A DNA stretch of 64,000 bases from Chthoniobacterales bacterium (GTDB taxonomy: Bacteria > Verrucomicrobiota > Verrucomicrobiia > Chthoniobacterales > Chthoniobacteraceae): contig JBBQZX010000021.1 in assembly GCA_038207335.1 (NCBI GenBank), positions 1-64,000 on the forward strand, written 5' to 3'. The notes below the pieces were generated by a model, which searched no databases, was not told the origin of the DNA, and was given only the letters and a program-made list of their open reading frames with translations. Positions 1-8,525 of the stretch are shown here, piece after piece. Both the position numbers and the translations under genes were made by a program. Position 1 is the stretch's first letter. Each line of letters opens with the position of its first letter.

Positions 1-2
1 GG

Positions 3-1916
3 ACCGCCGACGGCAAGTCGCAGCTTTTCCTCGCCGACTGGAATGACGCCGCCGCGCGGGAGTCGCTCGCGCAAGCCGCCCCCCGTGGCGCGGACGCCCC
101 GTCCGCCGCACGTCCCGCGGACGCCTCGTCCGCCGAAAACACCGCCGCGCTCCCGCTCTCCCCCGAGATTCGCGACGCGGATTTGAAAGCCCAAGCCGCC
201 TGGCTCGCCGCGCCCGCCCGCGAGGGCCGCGCGACCGGCAGCGCGGGCGCGCAAGCCGCCGCCGACTGGCTGGCCGCCGCGTGCAAAAGCGCCGGCCTCA
301 AACCTTTCGGCGACGACTTTTTCCAGCCGTTCACGTTCACTGCCGGCGAGCGCTTGCTCCCCGAAAAGTGCCAGCTCGCGATCTCCGGCGCGGTCACGCT
401 CGCGGGAAAACTCGACGCGGATTTCCGCCCGCTGCCGTTCTCCGACAACGGCGAAGCCGAGGGCGAGGTCGTCTTTGCCGGCTACGGGCTGAGCGTGCCC
501 GAGGACGGAAAAAACTCGCGCTACAACAGCTACGACGGCCTCGACGTGAAGGGCAAAATAGTGCTCCTCCTGCGCTACGTGCCCGAGGCCGTGGAGCCGC
601 CGCGCCGCGCGCAGCTCAACCGCTACTCCGGCCTGCGTTACAAGGCGATGATGGCCCGCGAGCGCGGCGCAAAAGCCGTGCTCGTCGTCACCGGGCCCAA
701 CTCGCCCAACGCCGGCGAACTGCTCCCGCTGACCAACGACGGCAGCAACACCGGCAGCGGCATCATCGCCGCCTCCATCAGCGGCCCGGCGGCGGACGCG
801 CTGCTCGCCGCGGCGGGCAAGAAACTCAAGGACCTCCAGACCGCGCTCGACAGCGAAAACCCGCATGCGGAAAGCGGCTTCGTTTTACCGAAGATCAAAG
901 TCCGGCTCGCCACGGGCATTGAGCACCTCAGGAAAACCGACCGCAACGTCATCGGCTTCCTCCCGCCGGTCGGCACCGACGAGTATGTCCTCGTCGGCGC
1001 GCATTACGATCACCTCGGCACCGGCACCGGCTCCTCAATGGCGCGCGCGGGCGAAGAGGGTCAGGTGCATCCCGGCGCGGACGACAACGCCAGCGGCAGC
1101 GCCGCCGTCCTGGAACTCGCCGCCGCGCTCGCCCACGAGCGGACGACCGACCGTGGCCAACCGCAGCGGGGCCTCATTTTCGCGCTGTGGAGCGGCGAGG
1201 AAATCGGCCTCATCGGCTCCGCCGCGTTTGCCGAAAAGCCCCCCGTGCCTCTCGCCAAAATCGTCGCCTACGTGAACTTCGACATGGTCGGACGGCTGCG
1301 CGAAAACCGGCTCACGCTCCAGGGCGTCGGCAGCTCGAAGCTCTGGCGCAAGCTGATCGAGAAACGCAACGTCGCCGCCGGTTTCAACCTCACCCTGCAG
1401 GACGATCCGTATCTCCCGACCGACACCACCAGCATCTATCCGCAGCGCATCCCGGTGCTGAACTTTTTCACCGGCTCGCACGAGGACTACCACCGCCCCA
1501 CCGACACCGCCGAAAAACTCGACTACCCCGGCGAGGAGCGAATCGTAAAACTCGCCCGCGGGTTGATATCCGATCTTGTCACTGCGCCTACCCGTCCCGA
1601 CCTCGCCCGCGTCGAAAAGCGCGACGAAGGCGGCGGCTCGCGCGAGACGCTCCGCGCTTATCTCGGCACGATCCCCGATTACACGACGGAGGTGAAAGGC
1701 GTGAAACTCAGTGGAGTCCGCGGCGGCAGTCCGGCGGAAAAGGGCGGACTGCAAGGCGGCGACGTGCTCGTGGAATTTGCCGGCCAGAAAATCACGAACA
1801 TCTACGACTACACCTACGCCCTCGACGCCGTGAAAATCGGCGAGCCCGTGAAAGCCATCGTTGAGCGCGACGGCAAACGCGTCGAACTGAGCCTGACGCC
1901 GGAAGCGCGGAAGTAG
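3..1916 (+). CDS. M28 family metallopeptidase with PA and C-terminal PDZ domains; 5'-truncated by the window edge
   Basis: The frame is open from position 3 (TADGKSQLFLADWN...). M28 motifs GAHYDHLG, GADDNASG, WSGEEIGLIGS, NFDMVGR and DYHRPTD are present, with a PA-like VVFAGYG segment and a PDZ (LGTIPDY...GSPAEKGGLQGGD). Confidence 0.9.
   Translation, partial: TADGKSQLFLADWNDAAARESLAQAAPRGADAPSAARPADASSAENTAALPLSPEIRDADLKAQAAWLAAPAREGRATGSAGAQAAADWLAAACKSAGLKPFGDDFFQPFTFTAGERLLPEKCQLAISGAVTLAGKLDADFRPLPFSDNGEAEGEVVFAGYGLSVPEDGKNSRYNSYDGLDVKGKIVLLLRYVPEAVEPPRRAQLNRYSGLRYKAMMARERGAKAVLVVTGPNSPNAGELLPLTNDGSNTGSGIIAASISGPAADALLAAAGKKLKDLQTALDSENPHAESGFVLPKIKVRLATGIEHLRKTDRNVIGFLPPVGTDEYVLVGAHYDHLGTGTGSSMARAGEEGQVHPGADDNASGSAAVLELAAALAHERTTDRGQPQRGLIFALWSGEEIGLIGSAAFAEKPPVPLAKIVAYVNFDMVGRLRENRLTLQGVGSSKLWRKLIEKRNVAAGFNLTLQDDPYLPTDTTSIYPQRIPVLNFFTGSHEDYHRPTDTAEKLDYPGEERIVKLARGLISDLVTAPTRPDLARVEKRDEGGGSRETLRAYLGTIPDYTTEVKGVKLSGVRGGSPAEKGGLQGGDVLVEFAGQKITNIYDYTYALDAVKIGEPVKAIVERDGKRVELSLTPEARK
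89..135. repeat. Two 20-bp palindromic direct repeats (CGCGGACGCC[C/T]CGTCCGCCG) in the M28 gene linker
   Basis: Copies at 89-108 and 116-135 differ by 1 base and are offset by 27 nt. Each folds as GCGGACG-3nt-CGTCCGC. Confidence 0.75.
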
Positions 1917-1961
1917 CTGGTGGGGGAATGAGTGATGAGAAGGGACGGAATGCCGCCCAAG

Positions 1962-2567
1962 CTACATCCTTTCGCGCTCCTGATAAAACCGATACCGCGC
2001 CTCGATGTCCTCGATGTAGCGCCGCGTACTGCGGATATCGATCGCCTCACGCAAATCCTCCGCCGTCGCGTGCTCGCCCATGTTCGTCGTCCCGATCCAG
2101 CGATCCACGCGGGACTTGCCGGCATTGTATTCCGCCAGCGCAAATGGCAGTGGCGACTCCTTCCCTTTCCATCGCTCCAGCGCGCGAGAGAAATACCACG
2201 CGCCGACTTCAAGATTCGTTTTCGGATCGAAAAGATCCGACGGCATGAACGTCTCCGACTTCGCCACCTTCGCCCAATCCCGCGCCGCCGCTTCGCCCAC
2301 CTGCATGAGCCCGCGTTCACCGCTCGTCCCGACTTTTTCTGAGTGAAATGCGCTCTCCCGCCACACGATCGCCTTGATGAGCATTGGATCGACTCCGCGC
2401 TTTTTCGCCACCTCGCGGATCATCGCATCGTAGCGGAAATATCGCGACCCGCCGAGCCACTCATGGGCGTCGTACCACGGATCGGCCGAGAGCCACAGCA
2501 TCAGCGCCGCCGCCGCGCACGCGCCAAGCAGGACGATGAGCAGGAGCTTGCGGACGGTGCGAAACAT
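1962..2567 (-). CDS. Lytic transglycosylase (SLT domain) with N-terminal membrane anchor
   Basis: IVWRESAF (catalytic Glu), GLMQV, NLEVGAWY and ALAEYNAG motifs. Confidence 0.92.
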   Translation of the reverse strand: MFRTVRKLLLIVLLGACAAAALMLWLSADPWYDAHEWLGGSRYFRYDAMIREVAKKRGVDPMLIKAIVWRESAFHSEKVGTSGERGLMQVGEAAARDWAKVAKSETFMPSDLFDPKTNLEVGAWYFSRALERWKGKESPLPFALAEYNAGKSRVDRWIGTTNMGEHATAEDLREAIDIRSTRRYIEDIEARYRFYQERERM

Positions 2568-2635
2568 GGGCGCGTAATCAACGCGCGCCGCTGAAAAACT
2601 TCGACAGAAAATTCGCCGCTTCGGATTCTCCCGCG

Positions 2636-4918
2636 ATGCCGAAATACGCCCGCGTGATGGTCGATGACTCGGGCGGGAATGCCTTTGATTACGAGCTTCC
2701 CGAGCCGGTCGCTGCGTCGCTCAGCGTCGGCTCGCGCGTCCGCGTGCCTGTACGCACGCGCACAGCGATCGGCACGATCATCGAGATCAGCGAAACCACG
2801 GAAGCGAGCGGCGTAAAGCTCATCACGGAGGTCGTCAGCGCCGAGCCGATCCTCAGCCCTTTGCTCATCCGGCTCGGCGCGTGGATTGCGGATTACTACT
2901 GCTGCCCGATCGAGGCCGCGATGAAAACGATCCTCCCGCAAGTCATCCGCAAAGCCGCCGTCGGGCATAAAACCCAGCTCTTCGCGCGTCTCGCGCAGCC
3001 GCTCGCCGCCGACGATTTCGCTGCGCTGAAAAAGCGCGCGCCGATCCAGGCCGGCATCGTTGAGCATCTGATTGCCGCGGCAAAACCGGTCGCCATTTCC
3101 GAGCTTCTGGAAAAGTGCGACGCCACGCACCAAGCCGTGCAGTCGCTCGCAAAAAAGAACGTGCTCGTGATCGAGTCGCAGAAAATCGAGCGAGATCCGT
3201 TTCAGGAAGAAACCTTCCTCCACGCCGCCGCTCTCGAGCTGAATGCTGAGCAAACCACGCTCTTCGAGAAGGTCCGTGCCGCAATCGACGCCGCTCCTGG
3301 AGGGCATCGCGCTGTCGATGCCGAGTCTCCCGAACCCGACCCTACATCGACAGCGCGTTGCTTTCCCCGCCCGCTCCTCCTCCACGGCGTCACCGGCAGC
3401 GGTAAGACCGAAATCTACCTCCAGGCCATCCAGCTCGTCCTCGCGCGCGACCAGTCCGCCATCATGCTCGTGCCCGAAATCTCCCTCACGCCGCAGACCG
3501 TCGAGCGCTTCAAATCGCGCTTCGCCGCGACGCAGCACGAGGTCGCGGTTTTGCACTCGCACCTCAGCGAAGGCGAGCGCCACGACGAATGGCACAAGAT
3601 TCGCGACGGCCGCGCGCGCATCGTCATCGGCGCGCGGTCTGCGATCTTCGCGCCTTGTACCCGCCTTGGTTTGATCGTCGTCGATGAGGAGCACGAGAAC
3701 TCCTACAAGCAGGAGGAAACCCCGCGCTACCACGCCCGCGACATCGCCGTGGTGCGGGCGAAAATGGAGGGCTGCGCGATTCTGCTCGGCAGCGCCACGC
3801 CGTCGCTCGAGAGCTACCAAAACGCCGTCGCAGGAAAGTACGAACTGCTCAAGCTCACCATGCGCGTGGACGACAAAAAGATGCCCTTCATCCGAGTCGT
3901 GGACATGCGGATGGAGCCCGCGAAAAAGTCCGCGATCCTCAGCGAAAAGCTCATTGCCTCGATGAAAGACCGGCTCGCGAAAAAGGAGCAGACCATCCTT
4001 TTTCTCAATCGCCGAGGCTTCTCCACGTCGCTGATTTGCAGCGCGTGCGGCTATGTCTGCCAGTGCCCGAACTGCTCCGTCGCGCTCACTTTCCACCGCG
4101 CGCAGAGCCGCATCGTCTGCCACATCTGCGGGCACATCGCAGTCGCGCCGACGAAGTGCCCGGAATGCAAAGACCGGTCGATCCGCTACAGCGGCACCGG
4201 GACCGAAAAGGTCGAAGATGCTGTGGGAAAGCTCTTTCCCGGCGCAGTTGTGAAGCGGATGGACGCCGACGCGATGACGCGCAAAGACGCCTTTCGTGAG
4301 ACGCTCGGCGCGTTCAAGACCGGCAAGATCGACATCCTCGTCGGCACGCAGATGATCGCGAAAGGGCTGCACTTTCCAAACGTCACGCTCGTCGGAATCA
4401 TCAACGCCGACCTCGCGTTGCACCTCCCGGATTTCCGCGCGGGCGAGCGGACATTCCAGCTCCTCACGCAGGTCGCCGGGCGCGCCGGACGCGGTGACGT
4501 GGAGGGCGAAGTTTTCGTGCAATCGTTTACGCCATTTCACCCCGCGATCCAGTTCGCGCGGCATCACGACTTCGAGGGATTTTGGGAGGAGGAAGTCGAG
4601 CACCGGCGCGCCTTCGACTACCCGCCGTTCACGCACCTCGTGCTCATCGCGCTGCGCTCGCCGCACCAGCAGCGCGGCGAATTTTCCGCCCAGACCCTCG
4701 CGCGGCGGCTGAAAGAAACGCTCCCACCCGACACGACGCTCAGCGATCCCGCGCCCGCGCCGCTGGAGAAATCGCACGGCAACTACCGCTTCCACCTCAT
4801 GCTCCGTACGCGCTCGATTGTCCGCCTCAGCCGCGCCCTCCGCGCCGTGCTCGACAAACTCCCCTTCCCCGAAGACGTGATCGTGACCGTCGATGTGGAC
4901 GCGTATCAGCTCCTTTGA
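2636..4918 (+). CDS. priA: Primosomal protein N' (replication restart helicase)
   Basis: GVTGSGKT, LVPEISLTPQ, VDEEH, SATP, eight-Cys zinc region, GTQMIAKG, QVAGRAGR. Confidence 0.98.
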   Translation: MPKYARVMVDDSGGNAFDYELPEPVAASLSVGSRVRVPVRTRTAIGTIIEISETTEASGVKLITEVVSAEPILSPLLIRLGAWIADYYCCPIEAAMKTILPQVIRKAAVGHKTQLFARLAQPLAADDFAALKKRAPIQAGIVEHLIAAAKPVAISELLEKCDATHQAVQSLAKKNVLVIESQKIERDPFQEETFLHAAALELNAEQTTLFEKVRAAIDAAPGGHRAVDAESPEPDPTSTARCFPRPLLLHGVTGSGKTEIYLQAIQLVLARDQSAIMLVPEISLTPQTVERFKSRFAATQHEVAVLHSHLSEGERHDEWHKIRDGRARIVIGARSAIFAPCTRLGLIVVDEEHENSYKQEETPRYHARDIAVVRAKMEGCAILLGSATPSLESYQNAVAGKYELLKLTMRVDDKKMPFIRVVDMRMEPAKKSAILSEKLIASMKDRLAKKEQTILFLNRRGFSTSLICSACGYVCQCPNCSVALTFHRAQSRIVCHICGHIAVAPTKCPECKDRSIRYSGTGTEKVEDAVGKLFPGAVVKRMDADAMTRKDAFRETLGAFKTGKIDILVGTQMIAKGLHFPNVTLVGIINADLALHLPDFRAGERTFQLLTQVAGRAGRGDVEGEVFVQSFTPFHPAIQFARHHDFEGFWEEEVEHRRAFDYPPFTHLVLIALRSPHQQRGEFSAQTLARRLKETLPPDTTLSDPAPAPLEKSHGNYRFHLMLRTRSIVRLSRALRAVLDKLPFPEDVIVTVDVDAYQLL
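3299..3366. repeat. REP-like imperfect inverted repeat inserted in frame in priA
   Basis: GGAGGGCATCGCGCTGTCGATG (3299-3320) and CATCGACAGCGCGTTGCTTTCC (3345-3366) are 19/22 complementary, with a 24-nt spacer. Confidence 0.8.
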
Positions 4919-5847
4919 TTCGCAGCCGCTTCGAGCGCCAGGATCGCGTTGCCGATGATGCCCGCCTCGTTCCCGAGTTCGGCGGTCACGACGCGGAGTT
5001 GATCGTGAAAAACCTCGGTGGTACGCGCCTCGATCGCCTCGATGATCGGCACCAGCAAAAGATCCCCGGCTTTCGCCACCCCGCCGCCGATCACGATCGT
5101 GTCGGGATTCAGTAGCCACACCACGTTCGCGAGCGCCGCGCCGATCTCGGTGCCGATCGTCTCCCACAGCTCGAGCGCGACCGGGTCGTTCTCCCGCGCC
5201 GCGGCGGCGAGCGCCGCGGGCGTGCATTCTTCCGCGTCCCGCACCCGCCCGCATTCGCGATACAACTCCTCGGCGCGGTCGGTGATTTGCTGGTTCCCGA
5301 CGTATCGCTCGAGCGCACCGAAATTCCCGTACGGCCCGGGCACCCCGCGGTAGTCGATGCTCGTGTGGCCGATCTCCCCCGCGCCGAGCTGCGCGCCGCG
5401 GTAGAGCCGCCCGTCGAGGATCAACGCGCCGCCGACGCCGGTGCCGAGCGTGATGCAAATGACGTGCTCCCCATCGCGAGCCGCGCCGTGTTTCCACTCG
5501 CCGTAAGCCATCGCGTTCGCATCGTTTTCGATCGTGACGGTGAGCCCCGTTCGTTCCGCGAGAATCTCCCGCAGCGCCACCTCCTCCCAGCCCTGGACAT
5601 TTGTGAGCTCATGCACGATCCCGCCGACGCTATCGACGATCCCCGGCAACCCGATTCCCATCGCGCCTACCTCTGGCGCACCCTCGCGCAACTCATCCAC
5701 TACCGCGACGAGCGCGTCGATGATTGCTTCCGGGCCACCGCATTCCTGCGTGTCGATCACGCGGCCGAGGCGGATGATTTTGCCGTCTGCGACGAGGCCG
5801 GATTTGATCGTGGTGCCGCCAAAGTCGATGCCAATTGCGTGGTCCAT
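4906..5847 (-). CDS. ROK family sugar kinase (glucokinase-like)
   Basis: IGIDFGGT, ENDANA, TLGTGVGG, GAGEIGH, IVIGGGV, AGIIG. Start taken at MDHAIG (5847). Confidence 0.92.
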   Translation of the reverse strand: MDHAIGIDFGGTTIKSGLVADGKIIRLGRVIDTQECGGPEAIIDALVAVVDELREGAPEVGAMGIGLPGIVDSVGGIVHELTNVQGWEEVALREILAERTGLTVTIENDANAMAYGEWKHGAARDGEHVICITLGTGVGGALILDGRLYRGAQLGAGEIGHTSIDYRGVPGPYGNFGALERYVGNQQITDRAEELYRECGRVRDAEECTPAALAAAARENDPVALELWETIGTEIGAALANVVWLLNPDTIVIGGGVAKAGDLLLVPIIEAIEARTTEVFHDQLRVVTAELGNEAGIIGNAILALEAAANQRS

Positions 5848-5942
5848 TTGGCGCGATGTTGCGTCGAAAGTCGCGCCGCGAGAAAGAATCAAATCACGTC
5901 GAACCGCTCGCGGATTGGCGAACGCTGATTTACATTCCAATA

Positions 5943-6554
5943 ATGATCACGCTTGCGATCGACACCTCGACGAACCGCGGCAGCGTCGCGCTCTTCGCGT
6001 ATGGCGAGCTCGCGCTCGACGAATCATTCACCGCCGATCGCAGCCACACCTCCGAGCTTTTCGCTACGCTCGACCGCGCGCGCTCTCAAGTCACGCGCGT
6101 CGATCAGGTCGTCATCGGCCTCGGCCCCGGCTCGTATGCCGGCGTGCGGATCGCCATCTCCGCAGCGACCGGGCTCCAGCTCGGCCTCGGTTGCGTCCTC
6201 GCGGGCATCCCATCCGTCGCCGCGCTGGAAACCGACGCGCACGAATACCTCGCGATCGGCGACGCGCGACGCGACGCATTTTACCTCACTCACGTCAGCG
6301 ACGGCGTCTGCCTGCGTGGCCCGGAGCTCGTGAGCGAATCCGAGCTGCGCGCCCAGCTCGAACTGCATCCGACGCTCCCGGTTTTTGCATCCGAGCCTCT
6401 TCCTGCATTTCCGAGCGCGCCGATCGCATACCCGTCCGCTGTCCGTCTTGCGCGCCTCGCCGCGGAGGGGCGCGGGATCGTGCAGGAGGGAAATCTGGAG
6501 CCGATCTACCTCCGCGAGCCGCACATCACGCAGCCGAAACCGCAGGCGCTCTGA
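5943..6554 (+). CDS. tsaB: tRNA t6A biosynthesis protein TsaB
   Basis: LAIDTS, GLGPGSYAGVRI, GDARR and EPIYLR motifs. Confidence 0.93.
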   Translation: MITLAIDTSTNRGSVALFAYGELALDESFTADRSHTSELFATLDRARSQVTRVDQVVIGLGPGSYAGVRIAISAATGLQLGLGCVLAGIPSVAALETDAHEYLAIGDARRDAFYLTHVSDGVCLRGPELVSESELRAQLELHPTLPVFASEPLPAFPSAPIAYPSAVRLARLAAEGRGIVQEGNLEPIYLREPHITQPKPQAL

Positions 6555-6579
6555 CTCTCTGCTCGCGAGATTTTAAACG

Positions 6580-6611
6580 ACGGAGGCACGGAGGCAGCGA
6601 GGCACGGAGGA
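6580..6611 (+). repeat. 4 x 8-bp degenerate tandem repeat (ACGGAGGC)
   Basis: ACGGAGGC ACGGAGGC AGCGAGGC ACGGAGGA downstream of tsaB. Confidence 0.6.
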
Positions 6612-6711
6612 GAGGGGAATGTTTTTACATTGTTTGCGGACGCCGCGCGCCGCATGCCGGCGGTGAAAAATCTAGCGTGCGGCGCGACCGCGACCGCGTA
6701 GTTTCGCACGC

Positions 6712-6918
6712 ATGGCCACCTACGTTTACGAGACGATCCCGCAGAAAAAGGGCGAAAAACCGCGCCAATTCGAGCTCCAGCAAAAGATGAGCGACAACGC
6801 GCTGACGAAGCACCCCGAGACCGGCGAACCGATCAAACGCATCATCGTCGGCGGCAGCGGCAACATCATGCGCGGCCTTAGCATCCTCTCGATGAACAAC
6901 CCCCGCAAAGGGCGCTGA
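6712..6918 (+). CDS. FmdB-family zinc-ribbon-like small protein (cysteine-free variant)
   Basis: MATYVYE...FELQQKMSD.ALTKHPETGEPIKRII matches the FmdB pattern MPxYxYxCxxC...FE..Q.MSD.PL..CPxCG...RxI without the Cys residues. Confidence 0.75.
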   Translation: MATYVYETIPQKKGEKPRQFELQQKMSDNALTKHPETGEPIKRIIVGGSGNIMRGLSILSMNNPRKGR

Positions 6919-6989
6919 GCGTTTTCACACGACAACTTCGGTTCGGGTTCAAGCTTCACAGAACGCTGATCCATTTTTGAACTCGTCGT

Positions 6990-8315
6990 TCACGTTTGCC
7001 CCAGCCGCTTCTCCAAGTCGCTCGGTGAGACAAAGGCCAGTGCTCTTCCGTTTTTGCGCTGCTCCAGAATCCCGCGTTTCGTGAGACCGAGCAGATCGAG
7101 GCGCGCGGTGTCGTAAACGATGCCATGCCGACTCATGTGCCCGGTGATGTTGTATGAGAATTTGGGATGCCGGACGGCGTGCGTGAGGAGCGCTTGCTGG
7201 CGATGATTGAGATCAGCGAATCCGTTGAGGAGTCGCATGCAGGTGCGAGTCTCGCGGGATTTACGCTCGACATAATCGTGCAGCTCGCGCAGTGCCTTCC
7301 GGATCACCTCGGCTTGGTGGAGGATGAAGTACGTTAGGTCGTTGTTGTCGCTCTCCGTCCGGAGGAAAGCGGTGCCGTATTGCACCGGTGCCTTGCGCAG
7401 AATCTGCGAGATCGAGACAAACTCGAAAAGCCAGTAACCGGCATGAAGCATTTGCCAATAAAAGAGCGCGCGTGCCGTCCGACCGTTGCCGTCCACAAAT
7501 GGGTGATCGTAAGCCAGCCAGAAGTGCAAAATGATGCCACGGATCACCGGATGAATGAAGCAGTCTGGAGTCTTGCCGTTGGCAAAATCACACATCACAT
7601 CCAGCCGTCGCGGTAGCTCTTCAGCCGGCGGCGGATCGTGAAGAACCTGGCCTTCCGCATCGGCGACCTCAATCCGCTCTTCCGTCCGGCGCAGCCTGCC
7701 CGACCCGTCGGCAACATCGAGCGCATTCTCTGAGACCAAGCGATGAACCATGAGCACCAACTCCGGCGTCAGCGGCTCGTCCTTCAACTCCCTGATGCGG
7801 CGCATCGTGACGTAATTGTTTAAGATCATCCTCTCGCCGCGATCGCGGGGTGCGCGCCCGTCGGCGAGCATTTTCTTGGCGACCTCCCGCGTCGTCGCCG
7901 CACCTTCGAGTTGGCTGGACGTGATTGCCTCCTCCATGAGCGATCGCACCACGTAACGATCCCGCTCGTCGGGGTTCGTCACCCGCTCAGGGATCTGGAT
8001 CAGCGTGCCGCCGTTACGGTCGATCTGGTGGAGAAGCTCGGTGACGAGATCGGGCGTACAAAAGCCGAAAGGTCGCGCGTTTTTGTCGAGCAGAGGGATG
8101 CTGCGTTGAGTGGTGAGGCGCTGGAGTTTCAGGCTGAGCCACCATTCCTCGCGAGTCAGCCCGGGTGGCGGGGTTCGATATTTGAGATCTTCCCAGTGGG
8201 AATATTTCTGGGCGTCGTGCTCTCGTTGAACCTCCAAGACCGTGTTGATCCGGCCAGGGTCCGAGAGACGCTCCATGAGCACGTGAAAGGGGGGAGGTGT
8301 TTCTGGAATGCGCAT
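6990..8315 (-). CDS. Fic family protein (class II type: N-terminal inhibitory motif) with C-terminal wHTH
   Basis: Canonical HPFVDGNGRTAR motif, upstream SSQLEG [(S/T)xxxE(G/N)], and a C-terminal LNHRQ...TARLDLLGLTKRG HTH-like segment. Confidence 0.93.
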   Translation of the reverse strand: MRIPETPPPFHVLMERLSDPGRINTVLEVQREHDAQKYSHWEDLKYRTPPPGLTREEWWLSLKLQRLTTQRSIPLLDKNARPFGFCTPDLVTELLHQIDRNGGTLIQIPERVTNPDERDRYVVRSLMEEAITSSQLEGAATTREVAKKMLADGRAPRDRGERMILNNYVTMRRIRELKDEPLTPELVLMVHRLVSENALDVADGSGRLRRTEERIEVADAEGQVLHDPPPAEELPRRLDVMCDFANGKTPDCFIHPVIRGIILHFWLAYDHPFVDGNGRTARALFYWQMLHAGYWLFEFVSISQILRKAPVQYGTAFLRTESDNNDLTYFILHQAEVIRKALRELHDYVERKSRETRTCMRLLNGFADLNHRQQALLTHAVRHPKFSYNITGHMSRHGIVYDTARLDLLGLTKRGILEQRKNGRALAFVSPSDLEKRLGQT

Positions 8316-8329
8316 GGCGAACTACCGGT

Positions 8330-8397
8330 GAGCTACCGAATTTTACAGAATCGGTAGCTCGATGCAACTTTAATTACCGATTCGTTTCAAATCGGTA
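8330..8397. promoter_or_regulatory. Two TACCGA-N11-TCGGTA palindromic operator-like sites upstream of fic
   Basis: Sites at 8334-8356 (extends to GAGCTACCGA...TCGGTAGCTC, 8330-8360) and 8375-8397, with identical half-sites and 11-nt spacers. Confidence 0.7.
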
Positions 8398-8525
8398 GCC
8401 GGTCGGTAGTTCGCAAACACCCAACATCCTGTGGAAGCGAAAATCGCAACCACAAGATGTTGCGGGAACCCTTCGCGAGCTTTTTGTTTGTAACGGATTG
8501 CAAACCCGCCCTCCTGACCATCGAT

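Noticed and set aside
2501..5497. 998-aa minus-strand ORF
   Set aside because: Antisense shadow of priA typical of high-GC DNA; Arg-rich with no motifs.
6930..6990. GGTTCAAG resembling a tRNA T-loop or integration site next to fic
   Set aside because: No cloverleaf, acceptor stem or CCA, and no matching direct repeat on the other side of fic.
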